From positions 1 through 63,549 of the forward strand of contig CAZJKC010000002.1 in NCBI GenBank assembly GCA_964546565.1: a DNA stretch of 63,549 bases. Reading direction: 5' to 3'. Made by a program: the position numbers and the translations under genes. Source of the stretch: an uncultured Staphylococcaceae bacterium. GTDB lineage: Bacteria > Bacillota_I > Bacilli_A > RFN20 > CAG-826. The notes under the pieces are model-generated. The model did not search any database. It was not told the origin of the DNA and worked only from the letters and a program-made list of their open reading frames with translations. Each line of letters begins with the position of its first letter. Position 1 is the first letter of the stretch. Of the stretch, positions 9,148-17,161 are shown piece by piece.

Positions 9148-10434
9148 ATGATTGAAATTAATAGGGATTATTATTTAAAACAATTAATAAGCAAAAAAAA
9201 TAATGGCATGATTAAAATAATTACTGGCATTAAAAGATGCGGAAAAAGTTATTTATTATTTACACTATTTTATAAACATTTACTCTCATGTGGTATAAAT
9301 AAAGATCATATTATTACCCTTTCTCTTGACGATGATGAAAATGAAGAACTCTTGAATCCAACGAAGCTTTCACAATATCTCAAATCACAAATTACTGACA
9401 ATGAGACATTTTATATTCTCTTAGATGAAGCGCAATTAGCGATAACACAAGAAGAATACAAAGGAAAAGGAATGGTTAAACTATACGGTATTCTCAATAG
9501 TCTTTTAAAGCGAAATAATATTGATATTTATATAACTGGTAGTAACTCTAAGTTTTTATCTTCCGACATTCTTACAGAATTTCGCGGTCGTGGTGATGAA
9601 ATTAGAGTTCATCCATTGTCATTTAAAGAATTCATGTCTGTATATCCTCAGGATATATATTCAGGATATCGTGATTACTCCTTATATGGAGGACTTCCGT
9701 ATATAACAACACTAAATGATTCGGAAGAAAAGATTAAGTATTTAAATAATCTTTTTAAAAATACCTATTTAAAAGATATTATTGAAAGACATGATTTAAA
9801 AGGCGATATCGTTATGGAAACTTTAGTTGATGTATTATCTTCAGACATATCTTCACTAACTAATCCTACTAAAATCGCTCATACATTTGTTTCTCATTCG
9901 ATTAAAACTAACGCTAATACTATTTCAACATACATTGATTATCTCATTGATGCCTTCATTATTTCCAAAGTTCAAAGATACAATATAAAAGGTAAAAAAT
10001 ATATCGGATCCCCCTTAAAATACTATTTTGAAGATATAGGATTACGAAATGCTCGCCTTAATTTTCGGCAAATTGAGCCAACTCATGCCATGGAAAACAT
10101 TTTATACAATGAACTCATTATCCGTGGCTTCAATGTCGATGTTGGCGTAGTCGAAAAACACACAAAAAATGATAATGGTCAAAACACTATTAAACTATTA
10201 GAAGTTGACTTTGTCTGTAACAAAGGTAGCCAACGTTATTATATCCAATCAGTATATTCTCTTCCTGATATTAAAAAAATAGAACAAGAACAAGCATCAC
10301 TTGATAAAATCGACGATTCTTTTAAGAAAATAATCGTAGTACAAGACAATATTGCTCCTTGGCACAATGAAAAAGGGTATTTGATTATCAATATTTTAGA
10401 TTTTTTACTCGATCCTCGTAGTTTAGAATTGTAA
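9148..10434 (+). CDS. COG1373-type AAA ATPase (AAA_14 + DUF4143 family)
   Basis: 428 aa. Walker A GIKRCGKSY, Walker B ILLDEAQ, and a C-terminal LEVDFVCNKGSQRYYIQSV block shared with the paralogs at 32895 and 56229. Confidence 0.85.
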   Translation: MIEINRDYYLKQLISKKNNGMIKIITGIKRCGKSYLLFTLFYKHLLSCGINKDHIITLSLDDDENEELLNPTKLSQYLKSQITDNETFYILLDEAQLAITQEEYKGKGMVKLYGILNSLLKRNNIDIYITGSNSKFLSSDILTEFRGRGDEIRVHPLSFKEFMSVYPQDIYSGYRDYSLYGGLPYITTLNDSEEKIKYLNNLFKNTYLKDIIERHDLKGDIVMETLVDVLSSDISSLTNPTKIAHTFVSHSIKTNANTISTYIDYLIDAFIISKVQRYNIKGKKYIGSPLKYYFEDIGLRNARLNFRQIEPTHAMENILYNELIIRGFNVDVGVVEKHTKNDNGQNTIKLLEVDFVCNKGSQRYYIQSVYSLPDIKKIEQEQASLDKIDDSFKKIIVVQDNIAPWHNEKGYLIINILDFLLDPRSLEL

Positions 10435-10451
10435 TAACAAATCAAAGATGT

Positions 10452-10489
10452 TCATTTCGTAAAAAGTCGGTAAACCGCAAAATTGCTAA
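10452..10489. repeat. Direct repeat copy 2, 17 nt after the ATPase stop
   Basis: TCATTTCGTAAAAAGTCGGTAAACCGCAAAATTGCTAA. AAGATGT just upstream is also shared with copy 1. Confidence 0.85.
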
Positions 10490-10560
10490 TCAAAAACAAT
10501 AAATACTATTTTAAAAGGCGTTAAAAGTTAACATAACTTATCTCCGCTAAGATAAACGCA

Positions 10561-10684
10561 TGAAATGAAAAAATCACAAATTAAATAGTTAATACTCGAT
10601 TTTTATTGAATTTATTTGAATAAATAAAAAAAAAGAGGACCTTAAAGAACCTAATATAGGTTGCTTATTATCTCTCTTTTATTT
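10561..10684. repeat. Left arm of a 124-bp imperfect inverted repeat
   Basis: It is the reverse complement of 11626..11749. My hand alignment gives about 13 mismatches in 124 and no gaps. It contains an internal hairpin (AAAGAGG...CTCTCTTT). Confidence 0.85.
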
Positions 10685-10697
10685 TTGATATGTTTTA

Positions 10698-10862
10698 TTA
10701 TTGTTTTGATTGAAGAAGAAGATCGTGTAAATCTTTACCATCAAGAAATTTAAATAATTTTAAAAGATTGATTTCATAATTACTTCGAAAAGATTTTAAT
10801 GTTCTCATTTTTGATCCATTTCGAAATAGAGGAGCAATTAATACTAATAATGTATTTATCAT
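10698..10862 (-). CDS. Possible small ORF (54 aa) downstream of the toxin gene, inside the IR-bounded cassette
   Basis: My own translation: MINTLLVLIAPLFRNGSKMRTLKSFRSNYEINLLKLFKFLDGKDLHDLLLQSKQ. It is below the ORF-track cutoff, and I recognised neither an RBS nor a family. Confidence 0.2.
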   Translation of the reverse strand: MINTLLVLIAPLFRNGSKMRTLKSFRSNYEINLLKLFKFLDGKDLHDLLLQSKQ

Positions 10863-10958
10863 TTTTCTTATTAAAGATAGATTATTATTAGCTATTATTT
10901 TTTTATGCGATTGCCCTATCTGATAGATGCTTCACCTTGTATTTTGTCTTGAAAAATA

Positions 10959-11240
10959 CTATTTTTTAAATAGCTCTGAGTGTGTACCAAGTCTATATAA
11001 CATCAGTACTAACACATTATCTTTGATTTCGTAAATGAGTAGCCAATCCGGTTCAATGTGACATTCACGAGTACCTTTATAGATACCTGTAAGGTCATGG
11101 TCTCTGTATTTTGCATCCAGCACACCGCCATTCGCCAAAATATCAATTACTTCAAATAGTTTATCAAGATTTTTGCTTTGCTTTTTAGCAAGCTTTAAAT
11201 CCTTTTTAAACTGTGTGGTAAATTGAACTTCGTATTTCAT
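10959..11240 (-). CDS. yafQ: Type II toxin, YafQ/RelE family mRNA interferase
   Basis: 93 aa. FKKDLKLAKKQ...YRDHDLTGIYKGTRECHIEPDWLLIY is the typical YafQ/ParE-RelE fold signature. It overlaps the antitoxin stop by 4 nt. Confidence 0.85.
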   Translation of the reverse strand: MKYEVQFTTQFKKDLKLAKKQSKNLDKLFEVIDILANGGVLDAKYRDHDLTGIYKGTRECHIEPDWLLIYEIKDNVLVLMLYRLGTHSELFKK

Positions 11241-11509
11241 TCTTCCAGAGCCGCCTTAAGAGCATCCATACTGGAATATCTTGGAGCAGAAGGGTCATTC
11301 ATCAGTCTGCGACCTTCTTCAATTGCAGCAGCAGTTGTTTCGTTTGGCACTACTAATTTTATTTCAAAAGGAATTCCGTGCTCACGAATAGCTGCTCTCA
11401 GAAACATATTTATAGCGGTAGTCATGTTTAATCCGAGTTCATTGAATATTTCTTCAGCTTGGTCTTTGATGACCTTATTTGTTCTGATATTTAAATTTGT
11501 TGTCGCCAT
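11237..11509 (-). CDS. dinJ: Type II antitoxin, DinJ/RelB family
   Basis: Start at MATTNLNIRTNKVIKDQAEEIFNELGLNMTTAINMFLR (ribbon-helix-helix DinJ signature), with GGAGG 7 nt upstream. The longer ORF reaching 11602 is rejected. Confidence 0.85.
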   Translation of the reverse strand: MATTNLNIRTNKVIKDQAEEIFNELGLNMTTAINMFLRAAIREHGIPFEIKLVVPNETTAAAIEEGRRLMNDPSAPRYSSMDALKAALEE

Positions 11510-11625
11510 GCAAACACCTCCGTTCACATATATTATATGTATAAATTCGGCTGTCGTCAACACACTGTCATTATGTTTTATATGAACCGTTATTTGAAAC
11601 ATATATTAAAACTTATCCCTCAATT

Positions 11626-11749
11626 AAATAAAAGAGAGCTAATAAGCAACCAATATTAGGTTTTTGAAAGCCCTCTTTTTTTGCATTTATACAAATAAAT
11701 TCAATAAAAATCGAGTATTAACTATTCTATTTGCGTTTTTTTCATTTCA
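11626..11749. repeat. Right arm of the 124-bp imperfect inverted repeat
   Basis: Reverse complement of 10561..10684. On the minus strand its internal hairpin, AAAGAGGGC...GCTCTCTTTT plus T-rich tail, lies about 90-140 nt after the thiT stop. Confidence 0.85.
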
Positions 11750-11781
11750 CACATTTATACTATTATCTCCACCTTTTTCTT

Positions 11782-12321
11782 TTATTGACATTTCTTATAT
11801 AAATATTTTTCTAAGAATGGATAAATAATAAAGCCCACTACTAGACAAAGTGCTAAAGAAATTAAAACATACGGTCCGCTATAGAGTAATGAGCCAACAA
11901 ATGGTGTATTGAAGGCAAGAATACCCGATAACGTATGAAATAATAATCTTAATAATGATGGAATAATCATTCCTAAAGCAAAAAAGATATAATTAATTAT
12001 TTTATGGCCTCTCAAAGCATATTTGCTAAAAAAGCCACTCATTCCTAAAATGCCATAAGCTAGTATATAATCAAACACTAGCGAAGCCCAGTGAAAAGCA
12101 TATCCGTCCGATAAAAAGTTAATCGCTGCATAACTTAAGGCCCCGATAAAACCATATTTTGGTCCAAGACTAAATCCGATAATGAAAATCGGTAGCATCG
12201 CTAAGGAAACAGAACCTCCATTTTCCATTCGCATTAAAGGTATCGCCTTCATAATTATGGCGACAACAACGGCTAAAGACACCATCATGGCTGTAAAAAC
12301 CATTTTTTCAATTTTGTTCAT
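11782..12321 (-). CDS. thiT: Thiamine transporter, ECF S-component ThiT family
   Basis: 179 aa with about six TM helices, immediately downstream of a TPP riboswitch. Confidence 0.8.
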   Translation of the reverse strand: MNKIEKMVFTAMMVSLAVVVAIIMKAIPLMRMENGGSVSLAMLPIFIIGFSLGPKYGFIGALSYAAINFLSDGYAFHWASLVFDYILAYGILGMSGFFSKYALRGHKIINYIFFALGMIIPSLLRLLFHTLSGILAFNTPFVGSLLYSGPYVLISLALCLVVGFIIYPFLEKYLYKKCQ

Positions 12322-12325
12322 TTTC

Positions 12326-12460
12326 TTGTCCTCCTAAATAAAAATCCGCTTTATGGGCGGAGGAAAAACAAAAAAAATCCTACGCCAGCATTACCTGGAT
12401 CAGGTATGGTCTGTTCTGGATTAAGAACACTCTCAGCCTATTTCCATAAGCTCCCAAAGC
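12326..12460 (-). promoter_or_regulatory. TPP (THI-box) riboswitch with SD-sequestering expression platform
   Basis: Minus strand reads GGGAGC...GGCTGAGAG...ACCATACCTGATCCAGGTAATGCTGGCGTAGGA. It is followed by TCCTCC...CCGC-CCATAAA-GCGG-ATTTTTATTT-AGGAGGA, an anti-SD/SD pairing. Confidence 0.85.
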
Positions 12461-12552
12461 AATACTATAATATTTCAAATTAATTTTCAACATTTTTAGC
12501 ATATCTTAAAAAAATAAATCGTAAGATATAGCGATAGAAAGGAAAATATTAT

Positions 12553-12957
12553 ATGGATCGTATGCAACCACCACCACCAAATTATTATGGTGTACCTTAT
12601 CCTTCAACTAATCCTAATGACCAACCACAAATGATGCCAGGGCCAGGGCGAGAAGCACCTAACTATTATGGTAATAATACCGCTCCTACGCAAAATAATC
12701 TGCCAACAAGCAATAATGCAACTACTGATAACAATGAAATGGAACATACATTTAAATCATCGACTAATGCCTATATTGGCAAAAAAATGAAAGTTTATTG
12801 TAGCTTTCCTGATTCCTCAAAATGGCATGATGTAATTTTTGAAGGACGCTTAGTTTACGCTGAAAATGATCATCTTATATTGCGTAATTTAAATACCGAT
12901 TTATGGACCATTATCGTTAGCGTCTATATTAATTACATCGAGTTATCAGAAGCCTAA
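12553..12957 (+). CDS. GerQ-like spore coat protein (P/N/Q-rich N-terminus, conserved C-domain)
   Basis: The C-terminal YIGKKMKVYCSFPDSSKWHDVIFEGRLVYAENDHLILRNLNTDLWTIIVSVYINYIELSE resembles the GerQ/YwdL C-domain as I remember it. Confidence 0.55.
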   Translation: MDRMQPPPPNYYGVPYPSTNPNDQPQMMPGPGREAPNYYGNNTAPTQNNLPTSNNATTDNNEMEHTFKSSTNAYIGKKMKVYCSFPDSSKWHDVIFEGRLVYAENDHLILRNLNTDLWTIIVSVYINYIELSEA

Positions 12958-12981
12958 AAAGATTCTTCGGAATCTTTTTTT
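12956..12981. terminator. Bidirectional terminator between the gerQ-like gene and ung
   Basis: AAAAAGATTC-TTCG-GAATCTTTTT. Confidence 0.6.
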
Positions 12982-13639
12982 AATTTTGCCAATTAATCGG
13001 AGTGATATGATGCTCTATTAAATACTTATTCGTTAATGAAAAGTGGTGATTGCCAAAAAATCCTCCTCTATTCGCACTTAAAGGTGATGGATGCGTTGAT
13101 TCTAGTATCAACCGATGAGGATTAGTAATATATTTTTTTAAATTACGAGCAAAACGCCCCCATAAAAGAAAGACCATTGGATTACCACTTTGATCAATAT
13201 ATTGCAAGATATCCTTTAACAATAATTCATATTCCGGTATTTGATGTGATAAAGCCTCGCCTTTGCGTACACTTAAAATTGCATTTAAAAGTAAAACGCC
13301 TTGATTAGCTAAATAAGTTAAGTCACCATCTTTTCTCATTTTTATGCCTATATCATTCTCTATTTCTTTATAAATGTTATTTAAACTCGGTGGCAAAGGC
13401 ATAAAAGAGGGCACCGAAAAAGATAATCCCATAGCCTGATTAGCTTCATGATATGGATCTTGACCAATAATAACTACTTTCACTCGGTCAAAAGGAGTCT
13501 GCTTAAAGGCATTTAATAATAATTGTTTTGGAGGATATATCGTATGATTTTGATACTCCGTTAGTAAAAAATAATGTAAGCTTTGCATATAATCTTTTTG
13601 TTTAACATTATCAAAAAAAATATCCCATGATTGTTCCAT
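12980..13639 (-). CDS. ung: Uracil-DNA glycosylase (family 1)
   Basis: 219 aa with motifs VVIIGQDPYH and HPSPLSA. Confidence 0.95.
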   Translation of the reverse strand: MEQSWDIFFDNVKQKDYMQSLHYFLLTEYQNHTIYPPKQLLLNAFKQTPFDRVKVVIIGQDPYHEANQAMGLSFSVPSFMPLPPSLNNIYKEIENDIGIKMRKDGDLTYLANQGVLLLNAILSVRKGEALSHQIPEYELLLKDILQYIDQSGNPMVFLLWGRFARNLKKYITNPHRLILESTHPSPLSANRGGFFGNHHFSLTNKYLIEHHITPINWQN

Positions 13640-13737
13640 AATTACTCATTAAACTCCTCTCTATAGCGTATTAACACCGGCTTTTTATTTAATAATTATT
13701 ATAAATGTTGTGATATAATAAAAAAAGAGGAAAACCT

Positions 13738-14826
13738 ATGCGTATTTTATTTGTTTTTAATCACCCGGCCCCTTATAAAGTTGAATTATTAAATCGCATT
13801 GCCACGCAATTGGACATAACCGTTATTTTTGAACGTCGTTTTAACAATGACAGAAATCGTTCTTTTTATGATGATAACCAATTCCATTTCAAGCATCTTT
13901 TTTTAAATTGTATTCATATTGGGAAGGAAAATGCTCTTTCTTTTAAAATCAAACATCATCTTAAAAAAAATCATTATGACTTAATTATTATGAATGGTTA
14001 TTCCACCTTAGCGGAAATTATCGCAATTAATTATATGATTAAAAAAAATATTCCTTATGCTCTATATGTTAATGGCGGCCTTATCCGTTCGGATAGCAAA
14101 ATGAAATTCCGTTTAAAACATTTTTTAATTTCTCATGCCTTTCGTTATTACGCACCTAGTCATTATGTCGATGATTATTTGCTACATTATGGGGCCAAAA
14201 AAGAAAACATTAAGTATTATGAATACGCTACGATAAGCGAAAAAGAGATTATCAATAAACCTTTAAATGAACACGAAAAAAAAGAAATATTATCTTCATA
14301 CCATCTTCCTTTAACAACTCCTATTTTTGTTTCCGTCGGTCAATTTATTGATCGTAAAAATATGATGCAATTGCTAGAAATATTTTTATCTCGACCTCAA
14401 TACCATCTTCTTTTAGTAGGTGGGGGGCCGGAAGAAAAAAAATACCGTCGATTTATCAAAAAACATCAGATGACCAATGTAACTATTATGTCTTTTTTAA
14501 AAAGAAAAGAGTTATTTTCCCTTTTAAAAGCCTGTTCTGCAATGATTATTTTATCTAAAGAAGATATATATGGCCATGTCATCAATGAAGCCTTTTCCCA
14601 AGGAATTGGAGTTATTGCCAGCGATAAAATGGTCGCAGCTCATACGCTTATTGAAAATGATAAAAATGGCTATATTGTCTCATTAAATGATAATTCTCTA
14701 ATTTTATCAGCGATGGATAAGATACTTTTGTTATCTTGTTTTGCCGCTACAACAAAAGAAGCTAAAAAAAATACTTATGAAATATCCACAAGTACTCACA
14801 TTAAATTATGGAAGGAGGAAAAATAA
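13738..14826 (+). CDS. Glycosyltransferase, GT4-like
   Basis: 362 aa. C-terminal E-x7-E-type block EDIYGHVINEAFSQGIGVIASD. Confidence 0.7.
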   Translation: MRILFVFNHPAPYKVELLNRIATQLDITVIFERRFNNDRNRSFYDDNQFHFKHLFLNCIHIGKENALSFKIKHHLKKNHYDLIIMNGYSTLAEIIAINYMIKKNIPYALYVNGGLIRSDSKMKFRLKHFLISHAFRYYAPSHYVDDYLLHYGAKKENIKYYEYATISEKEIINKPLNEHEKKEILSSYHLPLTTPIFVSVGQFIDRKNMMQLLEIFLSRPQYHLLLVGGGPEEKKYRRFIKKHQMTNVTIMSFLKRKELFSLLKACSAMIILSKEDIYGHVINEAFSQGIGVIASDKMVAAHTLIENDKNGYIVSLNDNSLILSAMDKILLLSCFAATTKEAKKNTYEISTSTHIKLWKEEK

Positions 14827-15998
14827 TGCATATTCTGCTATTATCTACACTTATTAATCCTTCATTGTTTAAAAAGCAAAACACACAATATGGATTTATA
14901 TCTAATCCTTCTAATCAACATTTTTATCACTCTTTAGCAAAAATGCTTGCGATAAACAATACTGTTGATGTCTTAGTCAATCGTCCTTTAATAAAAAAAC
15001 ATTATGGCTTATTTTTAAAATCACAAACGGAAATTGAAGATAATATAACATATCATTATCTTCCGTACATCAATAAACTAAAGATTAAAAGTTTCTTTAT
15101 TTCGCACGCTAATTTTTCTAAAATAAAGCCATTAGTTCATGAAGACACAATTATTTTTGTTGATAGTTTAAACTATTCTTTGCTAGTTTTAGCTTTCCGA
15201 ATCGCTAAGAAATTTCATTTGCCTATTGTAGGAGTATTAACTGACCATCCTAAAAACTTAACTGGTGCCTCAATTACCTACCAACAAAGAATTTTAAAAT
15301 ACTGGTCAAGATTTGACTATTATTATTGTTTAACAAAAGGACTTGAAAAAGAAGCCAATATTTATCATCGCCCTTCCTTTATTAAAGAAGGTCTTATTGA
15401 TCCTAATTTATTTAAAAAAGACGTTAGTGAAATAAAACCATATTTATTCTTTGGTGGTGCTCTATATGAATTATATGGGGTAAAAAAAATGATAAATAAT
15501 TTCTTAATAATCAACAAACAACACAATCTAGACCTTTCTTTATATATAGCAGGGCACGGTATATTAAAAAAAGATATTATAACTTTATCAGAGAAGTATC
15601 CTTCTATAAAGTATTTAGGATTATTAAATCAAGAAGAATTATTAGAAATCGAATGTCACGCTCTTTTTAATATTAATCCTCGGCCTTTAAACGAAACAAT
15701 CGATAATCTATCTTTTCCTAGTAAAGTATTAGAATATATTGCTTCCGGTCGACCTTTAATATCAACACGTCATCCGCGTCTTGTTGAATTATTTGATGAT
15801 AATATATTTTGGATTGAAAACGATACGGAAGATGATTATTTATCTACTATAAAAAAGGTGATGAATACATCACCTGACACACTTTTATCGAAAATTAAAA
15901 AGGCGCAAAAAATAGTATATGAGAACTATTCTCTTCCCGCTGTAGCGGCTTCTTTAGACTCTTTCTTTAAAGAAAGTAAATGTTCTTCTAGTGATTGA
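14826..15998 (+). CDS. Glycosyltransferase, GT1/GT4-like
   Basis: Start at MHILLLSTL, with GGAGGA 7 nt upstream and a TAATG overlap with the previous gene. C-terminal FPSKVLEYIASGRPLIS block. Confidence 0.65.
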   Translation: MHILLLSTLINPSLFKKQNTQYGFISNPSNQHFYHSLAKMLAINNTVDVLVNRPLIKKHYGLFLKSQTEIEDNITYHYLPYINKLKIKSFFISHANFSKIKPLVHEDTIIFVDSLNYSLLVLAFRIAKKFHLPIVGVLTDHPKNLTGASITYQQRILKYWSRFDYYYCLTKGLEKEANIYHRPSFIKEGLIDPNLFKKDVSEIKPYLFFGGALYELYGVKKMINNFLIINKQHNLDLSLYIAGHGILKKDIITLSEKYPSIKYLGLLNQEELLEIECHALFNINPRPLNETIDNLSFPSKVLEYIASGRPLISTRHPRLVELFDDNIFWIENDTEDDYLSTIKKVMNTSPDTLLSKIKKAQKIVYENYSLPAVAASLDSFFKESKCSSSD

Positions 15999-17155
15999 AC
16001 GATATTTGATAACTGAAAATTATTTTCAAACGCTTGTAATGCTTTATGACCAAGCGTTTTTCTTTCATTTTCAGTCATATTCATCATTTTTTCAATTCCT
16101 TGATATAATTGGTCACTATCCTCATCAACAATTATAGCAGCCCCCGTCGCCTCTAATAATTTCCGAGCATCATGATCAATCATAGCGATTATAGGCTTAC
16201 CAAATGACAAATAAAATATTAACTTATTAGGAATAGTAGTGCCGACAAAGCCCTCCTTACTTAAACCAAGGTATAACGCATCGGCACTTTTTAAATAAGA
16301 AGCTGCTTTATAAGATGGTAAAGGCCCATGATCGATAATTAAATGCTCTAACCCTCTCTTTTTGACTTCTTTAAAAAAAGTCTCTTTATAACTTCCCATA
16401 CCAATTAAATGAAATCTTATTTTGGTATGGTCTTTCACTTTATCAATTGTTTCGTATATATAATGTAATAGTTGTAATTTCCCCATGTTACCACAATAAA
16501 CAATATTAAAAGTATTAGGCTCGTATTTTACTAACGTACTATCTTTCGCAAGCGGTAATGATGGTTGGAATAAAACATCAATTGGAGTATTTATTTTTAA
16601 GACATTATGAAAATAAGAAGCAAAAGAAGGCGATGATATTAATATCTTATCCGCTCCTTTATAAATCGCTTGACTCCATTTATAAAATAAATCATATATC
16701 AAGCCTTTTTCTTTAATAGTCTTGGTGACCACTAAAGAATTAGGCCATAAATCAACACAATAATGCAAATGCGGAACATGATATTTCTTTTTATACCAAT
16801 TTCCCGCCGATGCAGCAATAACAGGCGATAAAGTCATCGAAAAAACAATATCAAAATCCTTATCTATCTTTTTTACATATTTCCGCGAATTTTTAAAAAA
16901 TGATAAATAATTGCGGCATATCGATAATTTAGAATCTTTACGAGGATAAACCACAACACGATGAACATGAACTCCATCAATTATCTCTTTTTTATTTTTT
17001 TTCGGATTATAGTCATCCATGATACGATTGTATCCATAGTTTGGAAGACCCGTTATCACATGAACTTCGTGTCCTCTTTTAACTAATTCACTTAATATAT
17101 TCGAAATAACGAATGGCTCGGGGGCATAGTATTGACATATCGCTAATATTTTCAT
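15926..17155 (-). CDS. Glycosyltransferase, GT4 (WcaI-like)
   Basis: 409 aa. N-terminus MKILAICQYYAPEPFVISNILSELVKRGHEVHVITGLPNY. Confidence 0.8.
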   Translation of the reverse strand: MKILAICQYYAPEPFVISNILSELVKRGHEVHVITGLPNYGYNRIMDDYNPKKNKKEIIDGVHVHRVVVYPRKDSKLSICRNYLSFFKNSRKYVKKIDKDFDIVFSMTLSPVIAASAGNWYKKKYHVPHLHYCVDLWPNSLVVTKTIKEKGLIYDLFYKWSQAIYKGADKILISSPSFASYFHNVLKINTPIDVLFQPSLPLAKDSTLVKYEPNTFNIVYCGNMGKLQLLHYIYETIDKVKDHTKIRFHLIGMGSYKETFFKEVKKRGLEHLIIDHGPLPSYKAASYLKSADALYLGLSKEGFVGTTIPNKLIFYLSFGKPIIAMIDHDARKLLEATGAAIIVDEDSDQLYQGIEKMMNMTENERKTLGHKALQAFENNFQLSNIVQSLEEHLLSLKKESKEAATAGRE

Positions 17156-17161
17156 ACCTTT

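Larger units (their letters stand above)
10561..11749. mobile_element. IR-bounded 1.19-kb cassette carrying dinJ-yafQ (no transposase); mobility unproven
   Basis: 124-bp terminal inverted repeats enclose only the TA pair and about 270 nt of non-annotated sequence. I could not see a target-site duplication. Confidence 0.3.

Noticed and set aside
11223-11585. 120-aa plus-strand ORF opposite dinJ.
   Set aside because: It is antisense to a clearly recognisable antitoxin gene, and its hydrophobic, low-complexity product has no RBS.
10561-11749. Calling the IR-bounded unit an insertion sequence or composite transposon.
   Set aside because: There is no transposase or recombinase ORF inside or adjacent, the arms are much longer than IS ends, and I found no flanking direct duplication. 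It is kept only as a low-confidence mobile-element hypothesis.
13738-14826. A8 homopolymer tracts inside the first glycosyltransferase gene as phase-variation switches.
   Set aside because: A7-A8 runs encoding Lys-Lys-Asn are frequent throughout this AT-rich window (for example in the DUF1836 gene and the lipoprotein genes). There is no evidence of length heterogeneity from a single sequence.
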